Below are positions 18,994 through 28,460 of a stretch of DNA of 64,000 nucleotides, piece by piece. Numbering within the stretch: position 1 is the stretch's first letter; every line of letters begins with the position of its first letter. The position numbers and the translations under genes are program-made. The notes under the pieces were generated by a model that was not told the origin of the DNA, made no database searches, and worked only from the letters and a program-made list of their open reading frames with translations. Location: the NCBI GenBank assembly GCA_000146465.1, contig CP001951.1. One strand, given 5' to 3'.

Positions 18994-19470
18994 ATGGCAA
19001 CAACTAAAGGCAAAAATAGCAGGCTGGCAATTGAGATGGAGTCTATGTCGAGAGACCCACCACCAGGATGCAGCGCAAGCCCAATAAGCCCCAACGAACT
19101 AGACAAGTGGATTGCAGTTATAACAGGGCCCCCAGGATCGGTCTATGAGGATGGGATATTTGAACTTCTGATTGTCTTTCCTCCATTTTATCCATTCAGC
19201 CCGCCAAAGGTGACGTTCAAGACACGGATATTCCATTGCAACATATTTGAAAAGAATATCTGCCTAGATATCTTAAAGGACCAGTGGAGCCCAGCACTAA
19301 CGATAGATAAGATCCTCTTGTCCATAGTTTCCCTGCTCCAGGATCCCAATCCCGACGATCCTCTGAACAAGGAGGCAGCCGATCTGTACCGAAACAATAG
19401 GATGGAGTACAATAGGAAAGCAAAGGAATGGGTGCGGCTTCATGCCTCGAAACATAAGTCTGAGGAATAA
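18994..19470 (+). CDS. UBC4: ubiquitin-conjugating enzyme E2 (UBC4/UBE2D class)
   Basis: HCNIFEKNICLDILKDQWSPALTIDKILLSIVSLLQDPNPDDPL active-site region. Track start 18958 is TTG; ATG at 18994. Confidence 0.85.
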   Translation: MATTKGKNSRLAIEMESMSRDPPPGCSASPISPNELDKWIAVITGPPGSVYEDGIFELLIVFPPFYPFSPPKVTFKTRIFHCNIFEKNICLDILKDQWSPALTIDKILLSIVSLLQDPNPDDPLNKEAADLYRNNRMEYNRKAKEWVRLHASKHKSEE

Positions 19471-19586
19471 GAAGTTTCTTGATGGAACAGATGATTCTGT
19501 TATATTAAATTGTTCTGTTTATTTCTGTACAACCAGGATGCCAAAACAAGGAGCAAAGGAAAATTCTGTATGAAAACAGAGTCCCT

Positions 19587-20135
19587 ATGATTTTTGGAGA
19601 AGCAGGCACATGGCTCCTCGAGGACCTCAAGTCAAGTGTCCTTAAACCCTATAGACATGCAGAGATAAAGGCAATACAAGGAGAAAATGGAGATCTGGAC
19701 AAGAAGATGGAGGAGATTAGAAGGGCAGCAGGGTCTGGGATATCTGAGGAGCTCTCAGTGAACTACGTCATGATGAAGCATTTCAAAGAGCGTAACGAAA
19801 GAATAGTCAGGAGTTACAAGTTCCATCGAATCCTGGGTCTTTTCGACTGCTTTTTTGGCAGAAAGGAAACTTCTGGAATACTTTCTCCTGAAGAGGAGGA
19901 ATGTGCAGAGGAATACTACGCAACTCTCAAGGAGTATCTTGAGCCTTTTGCTGACATGGACTTTACCACGGAAACACCGCCCACACAGTTTTTTGTGCAG
20001 GTGATCACGCTGGAGGACTGTGGAGTGGTGATGGATGAGGGAGACCTCATAGAACTCAAGAAGGACAGAATATACTTTATCAAGAAGAGTTCTATTGCTC
20101 ATCTGATCAGCGATGGACTTGTACGAATCATTTAA
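19587..20135 (+). CDS. PSF1: GINS complex subunit (Psf1-like)
   Basis: GINS A-domain helix MKHFKERNERIVRSYKFHRI and C-terminal B-domain (VITLEDCGVVMDEGDLIELKKDRIYFIKKSSIAHLISDGLV). Confidence 0.5.
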   Translation: MIFGEAGTWLLEDLKSSVLKPYRHAEIKAIQGENGDLDKKMEEIRRAAGSGISEELSVNYVMMKHFKERNERIVRSYKFHRILGLFDCFFGRKETSGILSPEEEECAEEYYATLKEYLEPFADMDFTTETPPTQFFVQVITLEDCGVVMDEGDLIELKKDRIYFIKKSSIAHLISDGLVRII

Positions 20136-20144
20136 TAAAATCAC

Positions 20145-20657
20145 CTATGGGATGTCTACAGAAGATTCCGGGCCTATCTTTTTACTGATAATGCACATTG
20201 CTTCCTCTGAAGTCAATCCTCCTTCCTCTTCTCCAATGGTATGGTAATTATCTCCAAAGAGGCCCTCAACCTCCTCTTCAACAACTCCGAAGATCTCGCA
20301 TTCAATATTCTCCTTGATCTTGTCTTCGTCGTATCCTCTCTCCTTAAGTCTCTTGTAAAGAACTTCAACAGGAGCCTTCATCAGAAAGACTAAATCAAAG
20401 GCTATATTGGCTGCCATCCCACAACTGTGGGTGTCTATGATGTATGACTCCTTGCCAAGGAGATATCCTTCTAGAGATTTTCTCACCACTTCATCATCGA
20501 AGAGAAGCGATTTGTATGTCTCGCTGTACTCCTCATATAGGTTGTTTTCCTCGATGTACCGGCTCATCTCGACATGGGGAATCCCAAATCTTTTCGATAT
20601 GTCCAACGAAAAAGTTGTCTTTCCTACTCCAGGCGTCCCAGTAACTAGAATCTTCAT
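20145..20657 (-). CDS. FAP7: adenylate kinase isoenzyme 6 / Fap7 (hCINAP)
   Basis: MKILVTGTPGVGKTT P-loop at the N-terminus; THSCG motif. Track start 20681 is TTG; ATG at 20657. Confidence 0.8.
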   Translation of the reverse strand: MKILVTGTPGVGKTTFSLDISKRFGIPHVEMSRYIEENNLYEEYSETYKSLLFDDEVVRKSLEGYLLGKESYIIDTHSCGMAANIAFDLVFLMKAPVEVLYKRLKERGYDEDKIKENIECEIFGVVEEEVEGLFGDNYHTIGEEEGGLTSEEAMCIISKKIGPESSVDIP

Positions 20658-20687
20658 TGGGAGGAGTGTGGAGACATTCAAATAAAT

Positions 20688-21935
20688 TCAGCCTTTAATC
20701 CTCGATTCTACAAAGTCCTTGAACCAGATGGACTCCTCAAATCCCTCGCAGAATCTCTTTACTATCTCTCCAGCTCCCTTCTTGTCAAGCATGTTCAGGA
20801 GATAAAAAGATCTATACACCTCAAATGCGCTGTCTCCTGACGGAAGGCAAAATCTGTTTTTTCCGAAGCTCTTGAAATCCTCGAGAAACTTCTTATGGAC
20901 TGGAGAACCTCGGATCCTGTCGTTGAGTATCACACAGAGGAGCTTCATCACAAGGCCGTGGTTTGGAGGCTGCACCTCAGAACACTTTGAAAGAACTTCA
21001 AACGAGGTCTCGAAGTCTCCACTGCGGAACGAAGACAATCCAAACTCCCCTAGAACTTCTTGCTCAATCTTCCCCTCTCCTATTGTGTCCTTGATCGACT
21101 CATAGTACTTCCTTGACTCCCCATATCCTTGGGTTCGATCAATGTAGAGAAGCCTGAACAACCTGTCCTCTGTTTTTGCCGGCCTTCCCAGCTTGAAAAA
21201 CTCAAACTGTAGAACTCTTCTTTCGACAAGCTTCGGGTCTATTTCCAAAAGCCTTTTAAGAAGGCCATTGTAAGTACTTATCTTCGGAGAGTCAAGAATC
21301 TCATACAGAGTCTCAAGATAGAAGTCTATGTTTTCCAGAAGCGTGTTTTTTTCTCTATCCCCAAAGCAATCAAGCAACTCGTTGATCGTCTTCATGATCT
21401 CCACCCCATCCTTGGACTTCATGTGGATAGACAGGAGAGTCCTTAAGGCTTTGGCCTTCATTTCTTTATCCTTTGCACTATCCTTGAACTCTTCTAACTC
21501 TTTTCTTCTCTCCTCTGTGTCTTTGATGACCAGTATCTTGCTTAGATCCCTGGACAGCCTCTCCTCGTCTCTCCGATCCTCTTGTTGCCCATTCTCATCT
21601 TCTTTGGGCTCGTGATGGGCCAGCAGCTCGTCAATTGTCTTCTTGTGGGTCTTAGTGTATACTCTCGGCGACTCCAAGAACTTCTTCAAAAACGGAGGAA
21701 GGCCCCTGCTCAAATACCCCTCCATCTTTCGGATGTCGACAAGTATCTTCTTTAGTTGCTTGTCAAAAATCTTCTGGTTTTCTTCCTCCTCCAGCTCCAT
21801 CACTCTGCACTGGAGATCATGGAGTCTCTTCTCCTTCTTCCCCTGCTTCTCAGATGCCTCATAAGTCTTTTCTTTTATCTTTACTCGGCTACTTTCCTCT
21901 CTCTCCTCGTCAATCGACTCAAAAAATCTAGACAT
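20688..21935 (-). CDS. hypothetical protein (charged N-terminus, helical-repeat C-terminal half; possible PCI-like scaffold)
   Basis: Track start is TTG. First ATG at 21935, preceded by ccccugATG. Confidence 0.35.
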   Translation of the reverse strand: MSRFFESIDEEREESSRVKIKEKTYEASEKQGKKEKRLHDLQCRVMELEEEENQKIFDKQLKKILVDIRKMEGYLSRGLPPFLKKFLESPRVYTKTHKKTIDELLAHHEPKEDENGQQEDRRDEERLSRDLSKILVIKDTEERRKELEEFKDSAKDKEMKAKALRTLLSIHMKSKDGVEIMKTINELLDCFGDREKNTLLENIDFYLETLYEILDSPKISTYNGLLKRLLEIDPKLVERRVLQFEFFKLGRPAKTEDRLFRLLYIDRTQGYGESRKYYESIKDTIGEGKIEQEVLGEFGLSSFRSGDFETSFEVLSKCSEVQPPNHGLVMKLLCVILNDRIRGSPVHKKFLEDFKSFGKNRFCLPSGDSAFEVYRSFYLLNMLDKKGAGEIVKRFCEGFEESIWFKDFVESRIKG

Positions 21936-22001
21936 CAGGGGATGAATGGGCTTCTTCAAATTCTCTCCAGAACACTGTATTTATTACACATCTTTCAAGC
22001 A

Positions 22002-22877
22002 TCATAGATATCGCCAGTCCGAGTCCACAATCCCCTCCTTCATCCAGAACTCCAGCGACCTACTGTTCTTGGTCAGAAGGTCGTTCAGTTGAGTAAACGA
22101 TACCACCAGATCTCTTCCATTTATCTGTACATCGGCATGAGAAAGCGGATGGAACAGCTCTGCACACACCTCCGAGCTTAAACGCATCTTGTCCTTGAGT
22201 TGGGGGAAAAACTCCATGGCATCCTCACACTTTTCTTCATCTTCGCACCAATAAGAAGATGTAATGATTCTCCCTCCCTCAGGAATGCATCCCGAAAATT
22301 CTTCGAAGAGCTCCAGATCTTTCTCAATGATGTCAAAGCACTGTAGGTTCTTATGGAGTCTATCCCTAAGCGCCTTGAGGATCTTCTTCTTGGGAGCTTG
22401 TTGAAGGACCAGAGATCTCACAAAGTATTCTTTATACCTTTCTAGAAGATCAGGCATCAGCTCGAGAAAAAAGCTTAGGACATCAGATGTCTTCAGCCCC
22501 GGATACCATGAGAAGAGCTCGTCCTCTATCACTTCCATACTTTCTACCTGGTCCAAGATACACTCAAAGAGGTCGTCTCTTTTGGTCAGCTCCTCCTTGA
22601 TTCTTTCAAGCTTCTTTATTATCTTTTTGTTGATATTCCGAAATGATTCGGAAACTGCAAACAGTATATTTCTGGTGCTCATGTTTCTTATCTTCAAGCT
22701 AAGCATCCCAGGCCTTGCGCTCTTCTTCGTGGCTTCTGTGCTATTCATTGCAACAAGATTTGGAATGTAGCTGATCCTTTTACTTTTCAAGCTTTCGTTG
22801 CATGCATCTTCCATCGATTCCCTGTCAAATTTCTTCATCCTCCTTACAATTTCCCGATCTCTTTCAATCTCCTCCAT
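22002..22877 (-). CDS. hypothetical protein
   Basis: Track start is TTG; first ATG at 22877. No family recognised. Confidence 0.35.
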   Translation of the reverse strand: MEEIERDREIVRRMKKFDRESMEDACNESLKSKRISYIPNLVAMNSTEATKKSARPGMLSLKIRNMSTRNILFAVSESFRNINKKIIKKLERIKEELTKRDDLFECILDQVESMEVIEDELFSWYPGLKTSDVLSFFLELMPDLLERYKEYFVRSLVLQQAPKKKILKALRDRLHKNLQCFDIIEKDLELFEEFSGCIPEGGRIITSSYWCEDEEKCEDAMEFFPQLKDKMRLSSEVCAELFHPLSHADVQINGRDLVVSFTQLNDLLTKNSRSLEFWMKEGIVDSDWRYL

Positions 22878-23008
22878 CCCAAACAAAGAATTTATAGGAT
22901 AGATCAAACTCGTTATTTTTACTTGTTTTAGATGCAGAGACAGTTATCAAAAGGCTACAAGACATGGAAAGAAAGAGCCCGTAGTAACAACTATCAAAAG
23001 AAGACAAT

Positions 23009-23480
23009 TTAATAAGTAATTATCCACTTCCCCCCAACTCTTGTGATCTCTTCTTTTGCTGATGGCGTGAAATACCTGGCTTTGACAACAATCGGCCTTT
23101 CCAAAGGCAGCTTTCCTCCAATAACAATGTGATATCCAAACTCCCTGACATCGATCACAGGAACCTTCTCAACGTTATCCAGGAACTCGTATCTTTGCTC
23201 CTTTGGGATCATCCCCCACAGCCTTGCAGAGCTGATTGGGCGGGCATAGTTCGAGTTCTCCTTCCTGTGGTAAACCCTCATTCCTCTCTTTCCATGGTAG
23301 TCCGGATGGAATCTTGTGAAAAGAGTCTTCATGTGGCTGAATCCTCCTGCCAGCCCTCGGCCTCCAGAGTGTTTTCTATGCTTTCCTACACGTCCATGTC
23401 CGTGCGATACATGCCCTCGCATCTTTCTAGTCTTCTTAACCTTTTCTGCCTTCAAATTAGCTCAGATAGCCACTTACCAT
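23009..23480 (-). CDS. RPL27A: 60S ribosomal protein L27a (uL15), two exons: complement(join(23478..23480,23009..23449))
   Basis: The spliced product [37 protein letters not shown].. is the canonical uL15 N-terminus. Track ORF starts at a TTG inside the intron/exon 2. CCCTGAA sits before the ATG. Confidence 0.8.
23450..23477 (-). other. spliceosomal micro-intron (28 nt) directly after the RPL27A start codon: GTAAGTGGCTATCTGAGCTAATTTGAAG
   Basis: ATG|GTAAGTG. CTAAT branch-like motif 6 nt before the 3' AAG. The spliced frame restores a canonical protein. Confidence 0.75.
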
Positions 23481-23635
23481 TTCAGGGATAAAATTTTTAC
23501 CTCGACAAATACAAGCAATCCAATTTTCTTCAATGGCCATCCATTTTCCACTCAAGCCGTTGTACAGGCGCCTGATGCAGGAATGTGAAACTGTCGTTTG
23601 AGCAAGGTTCAAAAGAAGTGCAAGCACACTCTGAA

Positions 23636-25009
23636 ATGCACTCCACACACAAGAAGATCAAGGTCAGCATAAGGCTAAGGCCCTCTACAGGGAACAGAGA
23701 GATATGGAAGACCTCTGAAGACGGTTTGTGGCATATCCGTGGGGAGAGGAGAGTGAAATACAGCGGGTTCCAAAGCATCCTGTCGAACATGACAAACGAA
23801 GAGGTTTACAAGCTGTGTGTGCAGGAGGAGGTTTGGAAGTTTTTGAACGAAGAGAACTGCACGGTGTTTGCATATGGACAGACAGGCTCTGGAAAGACAT
23901 ACACAATGCTGGGAGGAGATGAGGAGGGGATTATAAAGCTGGCAATAAGAGATGTTTTGAAGAAGAGGTCTGTGGGGATATCGTATCTAGAAATTTACAA
24001 CGAGAAGCTCTTTGATCTTTCGAACAACAACGAGGTTCAGATGTTCAGTGTTGGAAACAAGAATGTGATCTCGAACTTGTGGGTCGAGCATGTGGATAAG
24101 TGGGAAGATGTTGTGCCTTTTATTGAGAAGTGTGAGAAGAACAGGAGGTTTGGAACTACGGAGTTCAACACAAAGAGTAGTAGGTCACATACTGTGGTTC
24201 AAGTGACATACAGCAGCAACAACCGAGTCCGGACTTTGAATATGATAGACCTTGCAGGGAGCGAAAGAGCAAGCCGATCGAATGACAGGAGGAAGGAAGG
24301 GTCCTTTATTAACAGGAGCCTTCTTGCACTCTGCACGGTTGTCAACAACATAGGAAATGGGAAGTATCTGGGGTTTCGGAACTCGAAACTGACAAGGGTG
24401 CTTCAGCCGTCATTGGACGGACTTACGAATCTGATTGCAATCTGCACGTTGTCACCTTATGAAGATTGTGTTGAAGAGTCTGTAAGTACATTGAAGTTTG
24501 CGGCAAGGCTGTGCAATCTCGAGCTGAAGACGGAAGAGATGCAGATATCAAGCGATGGGGATGGAAGATGTGGAGGAGATGGATTGGAAGGAAGTTCCAG
24601 ATGCGAGGTGAAACACAGATGCTGCAGAAAGTTTCATCCTGAAGTTAGTAAAGAAACAAGCGATGTTCTGGAGAAGACAGAGTCCATGACCTTTGAGAAG
24701 TACTTTGAAGGATACGGCTTTTCGGAAGCTCCTGGGCTGGAAGAGCATAGAGAGCATGACAAGGTGTGTAGTGAGAAGGATTCTGTAGCAGGGATACTCC
24801 GGACCTTTGGAAGGGTGATTATGGAGAATCTGGAGTGGAAGGTAAAGCTTATGGAGGAGCTGAACATAATTAACAACGATAGAATACATTTGCTAGAGAG
24901 AATGGTAGGAGAGTTACTTGGTAAGAACCCATCAAGAAGAATGAATGAGATCTTCATACTCGAGAAGTACAGGTTCAACCTTCGTAGGAAGATGGTTGGA
25001 AGAAAATGA
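23636..25009 (+). CDS. kinesin-like protein (N-terminal motor domain)
   Basis: P-loop GQTGSGKTY, switch I SSRSHT, switch II DLAGSE, neck VSTLKFA. Track start 23585 is GTG; ATG at 23636. Confidence 0.8.
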   Translation: MHSTHKKIKVSIRLRPSTGNREIWKTSEDGLWHIRGERRVKYSGFQSILSNMTNEEVYKLCVQEEVWKFLNEENCTVFAYGQTGSGKTYTMLGGDEEGIIKLAIRDVLKKRSVGISYLEIYNEKLFDLSNNNEVQMFSVGNKNVISNLWVEHVDKWEDVVPFIEKCEKNRRFGTTEFNTKSSRSHTVVQVTYSSNNRVRTLNMIDLAGSERASRSNDRRKEGSFINRSLLALCTVVNNIGNGKYLGFRNSKLTRVLQPSLDGLTNLIAICTLSPYEDCVEESVSTLKFAARLCNLELKTEEMQISSDGDGRCGGDGLEGSSRCEVKHRCCRKFHPEVSKETSDVLEKTESMTFEKYFEGYGFSEAPGLEEHREHDKVCSEKDSVAGILRTFGRVIMENLEWKVKLMEELNIINNDRIHLLERMVGELLGKNPSRRMNEIFILEKYRFNLRRKMVGRK

Positions 25010-25040
25010 TTATGCACTGTTGATTTTACCCATAGAAGGA

Positions 25041-25466
25041 ATGGGACCGAAGATCAAAACACTTGTATTTTTGAAAGTAATGGTTCTTGTTATACTTCTG
25101 CACTTTCTTCCTGTGGTCTTGAAGGAGATAGGGCTAAAGAAGAGGGTGGAAATGATGAAGAGGGACTTCAATAGAAGGCTTCTCGAGGGAAGTGAGAGCT
25201 TGGAGAGGCTTAGGATGCTGAAGACGCTAATAAACAATGCAAGATACTGCAAAGACGGAGATATACCGCTGGACGGTTCCATGGCCGAAACCAAGAGGGC
25301 TTATGAAGGGCTAAGGGTATGGAGCGACCCTGTTTTCCTGAGGCTTTCGAATATATACAATATTTCTATTTTTTTTCCTGTGTTTGCGCCTGTGGTGATA
25401 CAGAGCATAAAGATTCTGAGGTATAGAGACTCTTGGGGGAGCCGGGGGGAGAAGGTTGAACCATAA
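25041..25466 (+). CDS. hypothetical membrane protein (N-terminal TM)
   Basis: ATG at 25041 preceded by cccauagaaggaATG. The track ORF 24945.. overlaps the kinesin 3' end and begins at a non-ATG. Confidence 0.3.
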   Translation: MGPKIKTLVFLKVMVLVILLHFLPVVLKEIGLKKRVEMMKRDFNRRLLEGSESLERLRMLKTLINNARYCKDGDIPLDGSMAETKRAYEGLRVWSDPVFLRLSNIYNISIFFPVFAPVVIQSIKILRYRDSWGSRGEKVEP

Positions 25467-25485
25467 TAAATGTAATATGTTTTAG

Positions 25486-26205
25486 ATGTGTTTAGGGCTT
25501 TCTGAACTGTGTCTGCAGAAAGAACAAAATGGCAACTACGATGCCCAGGGGATGAATGAGGAGAGTGGAAAGGAATGTTCGAAGCAGCAGAAGAGGCTGG
25601 CAGAGGCTCTCAGAAGAAGAGATGGCCTGAAGGAGGAGATGGAAAAAGTCAGACAGGATCTTCAAAAGCTGGAGATCCACCGGAGAGTACTATTGGACAT
25701 GGTAAGGATTGGAAATGGAGGAATGGAAATAGACGTTAACAGATACAGACCGATCTATAAAGCAGAAGTCGAGGGAGCAAAAGGCCTGATACATGTTCCG
25801 GGAGAGCGATACCATCTAGCAATATATAACCTCGGGAGGATTCCGATGGCGAGTATGAAGCCCTTTTATAACCAGAAGAACATCTATCCAATTGATTACA
25901 TGTGTAAGAGAGCCTACTACAAAAGTAGAGGGAGCCCTGGAGGAGACGGGTATGCCCTGTATACATGTACAATAAGGAATGTTTGTAGCAAGCCTCTGTT
26001 TGAGATATCTGAGAGGGACCTATGCATAAGAGGGAAGGCTGGGGAGGTCTTCAATGCATTTAAAAGTTTGTTTTCCTGGGAGATTGAGTTTGGAAGCATA
26101 ACGGAGTTTTTTGGGCTGAACAATCTGTATGTTCGGAGACTGATCAGCGAGCAAGAAGGATTTAGAGGGCTTGGAATTGGAGATAGATGGGAAAGGAAGG
26201 CCTGA
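25486..26205 (+). CDS. FYR-domain (FYRN+FYRC) protein, TBRG1-like
   Basis: FYRN-like: GLIHVPGERYHLAIYNLGRIP..FYNQKNIYPIDYMCKRAYYKS..YTCTI. FYRC-like: GKAGEVFNAFKSLFSWEIEFGSITEFFGLNNLYVRRLI. Confidence 0.45.
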   Translation: MCLGLSELCLQKEQNGNYDAQGMNEESGKECSKQQKRLAEALRRRDGLKEEMEKVRQDLQKLEIHRRVLLDMVRIGNGGMEIDVNRYRPIYKAEVEGAKGLIHVPGERYHLAIYNLGRIPMASMKPFYNQKNIYPIDYMCKRAYYKSRGSPGGDGYALYTCTIRNVCSKPLFEISERDLCIRGKAGEVFNAFKSLFSWEIEFGSITEFFGLNNLYVRRLISEQEGFRGLGIGDRWERKA

Positions 26206-26279
26206 GAGTGTTAGCCTGTTTATATTAAAGGTTGTGACAATTTTTGCAGAGTATTGTTTGTGAAGACTAACCCCAAGGG

Positions 26280-28085
26280 ATGATTCTAGATGAGATTGTG
26301 AAGGAAGCGGCAGCGCTGCAGCTGAGGAAGGAAGACGAGAATACATGGTCTCGGGTGAACGATGTACTCATGAGGCTTTCCGGGGCAGTTGTGGGGCCGG
26401 AAGATGTGCGAAGAGTGTTAGAGAGTGTTTCCGACCTGATTGTAAGGTCGATGCAGAGTGACAGATCGAGGCTTGCAGGAACAGCCCTTGGATTTCTCAA
26501 GAACTGCATTTGCATCTTGGGAAATGAGTTTGGGATGGCAGGGCAATATCTAGTGCCTCTAGCGAAAGTATGTGGAAAGAGCAGTAAGGTGTTTTATTCA
26601 AGGGGAGAGGAAGTGCTTGTAGAACTTTGTAAGAGAGTGAATATTAAGGGACATGCAAGGTTTTTTAGCGAATACTGTGGAAGTGCCAATAAGAATGTTA
26701 GGCTTGCTATTTTCCGGGGGATTGAAGCATGGGGGAGTGAGTCTGGAAAGATAGAAGGATTGGAGAATCTTGTTATAAAGGGAAGAGAAGATGCATTTTC
26801 GGAAGTTCGAGAGGTGTGCAAAAGAATGATGGAGAAGTTCAGTATTGGGGAGAGAAAGGAAGGATGCTTTAGAAGACAGCGTTTGGAAGAGAGTCTTGAG
26901 AGTGGGGTAAAGAAAGGGCCTGTTAGAATGGCCAGGATGCCGGTGCGAGGGGGATATGGAGGAATGGAAGGAATCGGGGCAAGAGAGATGGAAAAGAAAG
27001 AGCTTGCACCCAAGTTTTCTCCGGCTAGAAAGCAAACAAAAACAGGAGATAAAGACTATGACAAGATAAGGGAGCTTTCAAGACAGGTCAAGGACATAGC
27101 CGAAGACATAAGGCCGAATGTGGGGGCTGAGAAGAGCTCAAGCGGTAGAATAAGAACCAAGATAAAAGAGATGTTCTCCAGAGGAAGTGATAAGGCAGGG
27201 ACTGTGTATCCAGAAAGTAAGGTTGAGATACCAAAGGAGGTGATGAACCATGAGGATCTAACTCCAGTGAGGTTGGACAAGTATCTCAGTAGATATCGTG
27301 AAGAGTATGGAAGGCTTATTCCCAAGAATATAACTGGAGTTAGCAATGGATTTGAAGTTGAGGATACCGAGCTAGGGGAAGAATTTCTAGAAGCCAAAGA
27401 AGTCTCTGATGAAGACAAGGCGAGGATTGGAGAAACAAAGGAAGAAGATAAGCTTAATGGGTCTTGCGAAGAGAAGAAGGAAAGGATTGTTGTTGGGAAT
27501 GAAAGCTTTGATGAGGAGATGGGACATGATTTAGAGGGAGGAGATGAAGTGTGTGCAGAGCTTGAGATCGGAGAACTTTCGAAGAGCTTAGCGAACATCT
27601 CGATCAATGAAGGAGATGTGGAGGATAAACCACATTCCGATGGAGATGGGATGTTGTCGGAGGCTTCTGGAAATCCCTACGAGAATCTTGTTGAAGGACA
27701 AGAGATGGAAAGCTCTCTTAAAGAGTACACCATAATGGATTCTGGGAAGCTAGAAGAACACAAGGAAAATAACAGGGATGAATCCCGGCTTTGTAGAGGA
27801 TCTGGGGCCTCGATCGGAGAGTCAACAATTTCGATTGACTCGGAGGTTGAGAACCAAAGAAAGGAGAGAAAGAAGGGATGTAGGAATGCTCTTGAGATGA
27901 TGAAGGGAAATCGATTTGCAGGGTTTCTTGAGTTGAGTGAAAGCAGCGAGGAAGAGACTGTATTTTCTAGAAGGCAGGGGGAAAGGAAGGAAGGAGTGGA
28001 GAAGCAAGATGCAGACAACACAGGCGACTTTACGGCGATGGACTCCCTTGTGGAGGTTAGAAGAGGGGTTTTTAGAAAGAAGTAA
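26280..28085 (+). CDS. hypothetical protein: N-terminal armadillo/HEAT-like helical region plus long acidic Glu/Ser-rich disordered C-terminal half
   Basis: 601 aa ORF with a clean ATG. The antisense serine-rich ORFs here are shadows. Confidence 0.45.
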   Translation: MILDEIVKEAAALQLRKEDENTWSRVNDVLMRLSGAVVGPEDVRRVLESVSDLIVRSMQSDRSRLAGTALGFLKNCICILGNEFGMAGQYLVPLAKVCGKSSKVFYSRGEEVLVELCKRVNIKGHARFFSEYCGSANKNVRLAIFRGIEAWGSESGKIEGLENLVIKGREDAFSEVREVCKRMMEKFSIGERKEGCFRRQRLEESLESGVKKGPVRMARMPVRGGYGGMEGIGAREMEKKELAPKFSPARKQTKTGDKDYDKIRELSRQVKDIAEDIRPNVGAEKSSSGRIRTKIKEMFSRGSDKAGTVYPESKVEIPKEVMNHEDLTPVRLDKYLSRYREEYGRLIPKNITGVSNGFEVEDTELGEEFLEAKEVSDEDKARIGETKEEDKLNGSCEEKKERIVVGNESFDEEMGHDLEGGDEVCAELEIGELSKSLANISINEGDVEDKPHSDGDGMLSEASGNPYENLVEGQEMESSLKEYTIMDSGKLEEHKENNRDESRLCRGSGASIGESTISIDSEVENQRKERKKGCRNALEMMKGNRFAGFLELSESSEEETVFSRRQGERKEGVEKQDADNTGDFTAMDSLVEVRRGVFRKK

Positions 28086-28209
28086 GAGCCTAAGGGCGAA
28101 GAAATAAAGTCTTTAAGTTAGCCAGGTTTTTGTGTTTTATGTGTGGGACGTAGAAAAAGAAGACATACTTTGAAGGTTTGTTTAAATTGTCCTGAGGAAG
28201 AACTAGTGG

Positions 28210-28394
28210 TTAGATGGCAAGTCGACCGCTCTGGGCAGTAAGCGCGGGTCTAGAGATCTCCTTGTGGGTAGTTGGGGAGTCTGTAGGGACTCTGCACCTA
28301 CCATTAAAGCGGAGGGGAACGCATGAGGGCGGAAACGCAGCAATGAGTACCTCCTGCAAGGCAGAGTCTCCAGCCTTCCGCGCCAGTCCTTTTT
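28210..28394 (+). ncRNA. candidate signal recognition particle RNA (7SL/scR1-like), Pol III transcript
   Basis: Helix-8 signature GCG-GAAA-CGC-AGCA (28329..28342) with flanking internal loops. Nested helices GCGGAGG/CCUCCUGC and GGGACUCUGC/GCAGAGUCUC; GCGCGGG/UCCGCGC stem. T5 at 28390..28394; TTTAAATTG ~25 nt upstream of the putative start. The 5' end is uncertain. Confidence 0.45.
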
Positions 28395-28460
28395 GTGGAG
28401 TATGGCTTTTGCTTTTGAAGAAGGGATGGGGATATTGCTAAAAAAAACAAAGATCCCTAC

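Noticed and set aside
22906-22986. 26-aa basic [29 protein letters not shown] on the plus strand between two minus-strand genes, reminiscent of tiny ribosomal proteins
   Set aside because: No CCC start context. No recognisable match to L41/L39/S30-type sequences. It lies in the 3' flank of a minus-strand gene.
24481-24495. GTAAGTACATTGAAG on the plus strand inside the kinesin gene, resembling the intron consensus
   Set aside because: In frame it encodes ESVSTLKFA, the conserved kinesin neck/alpha-6 motif. Splicing would destroy the motor domain.
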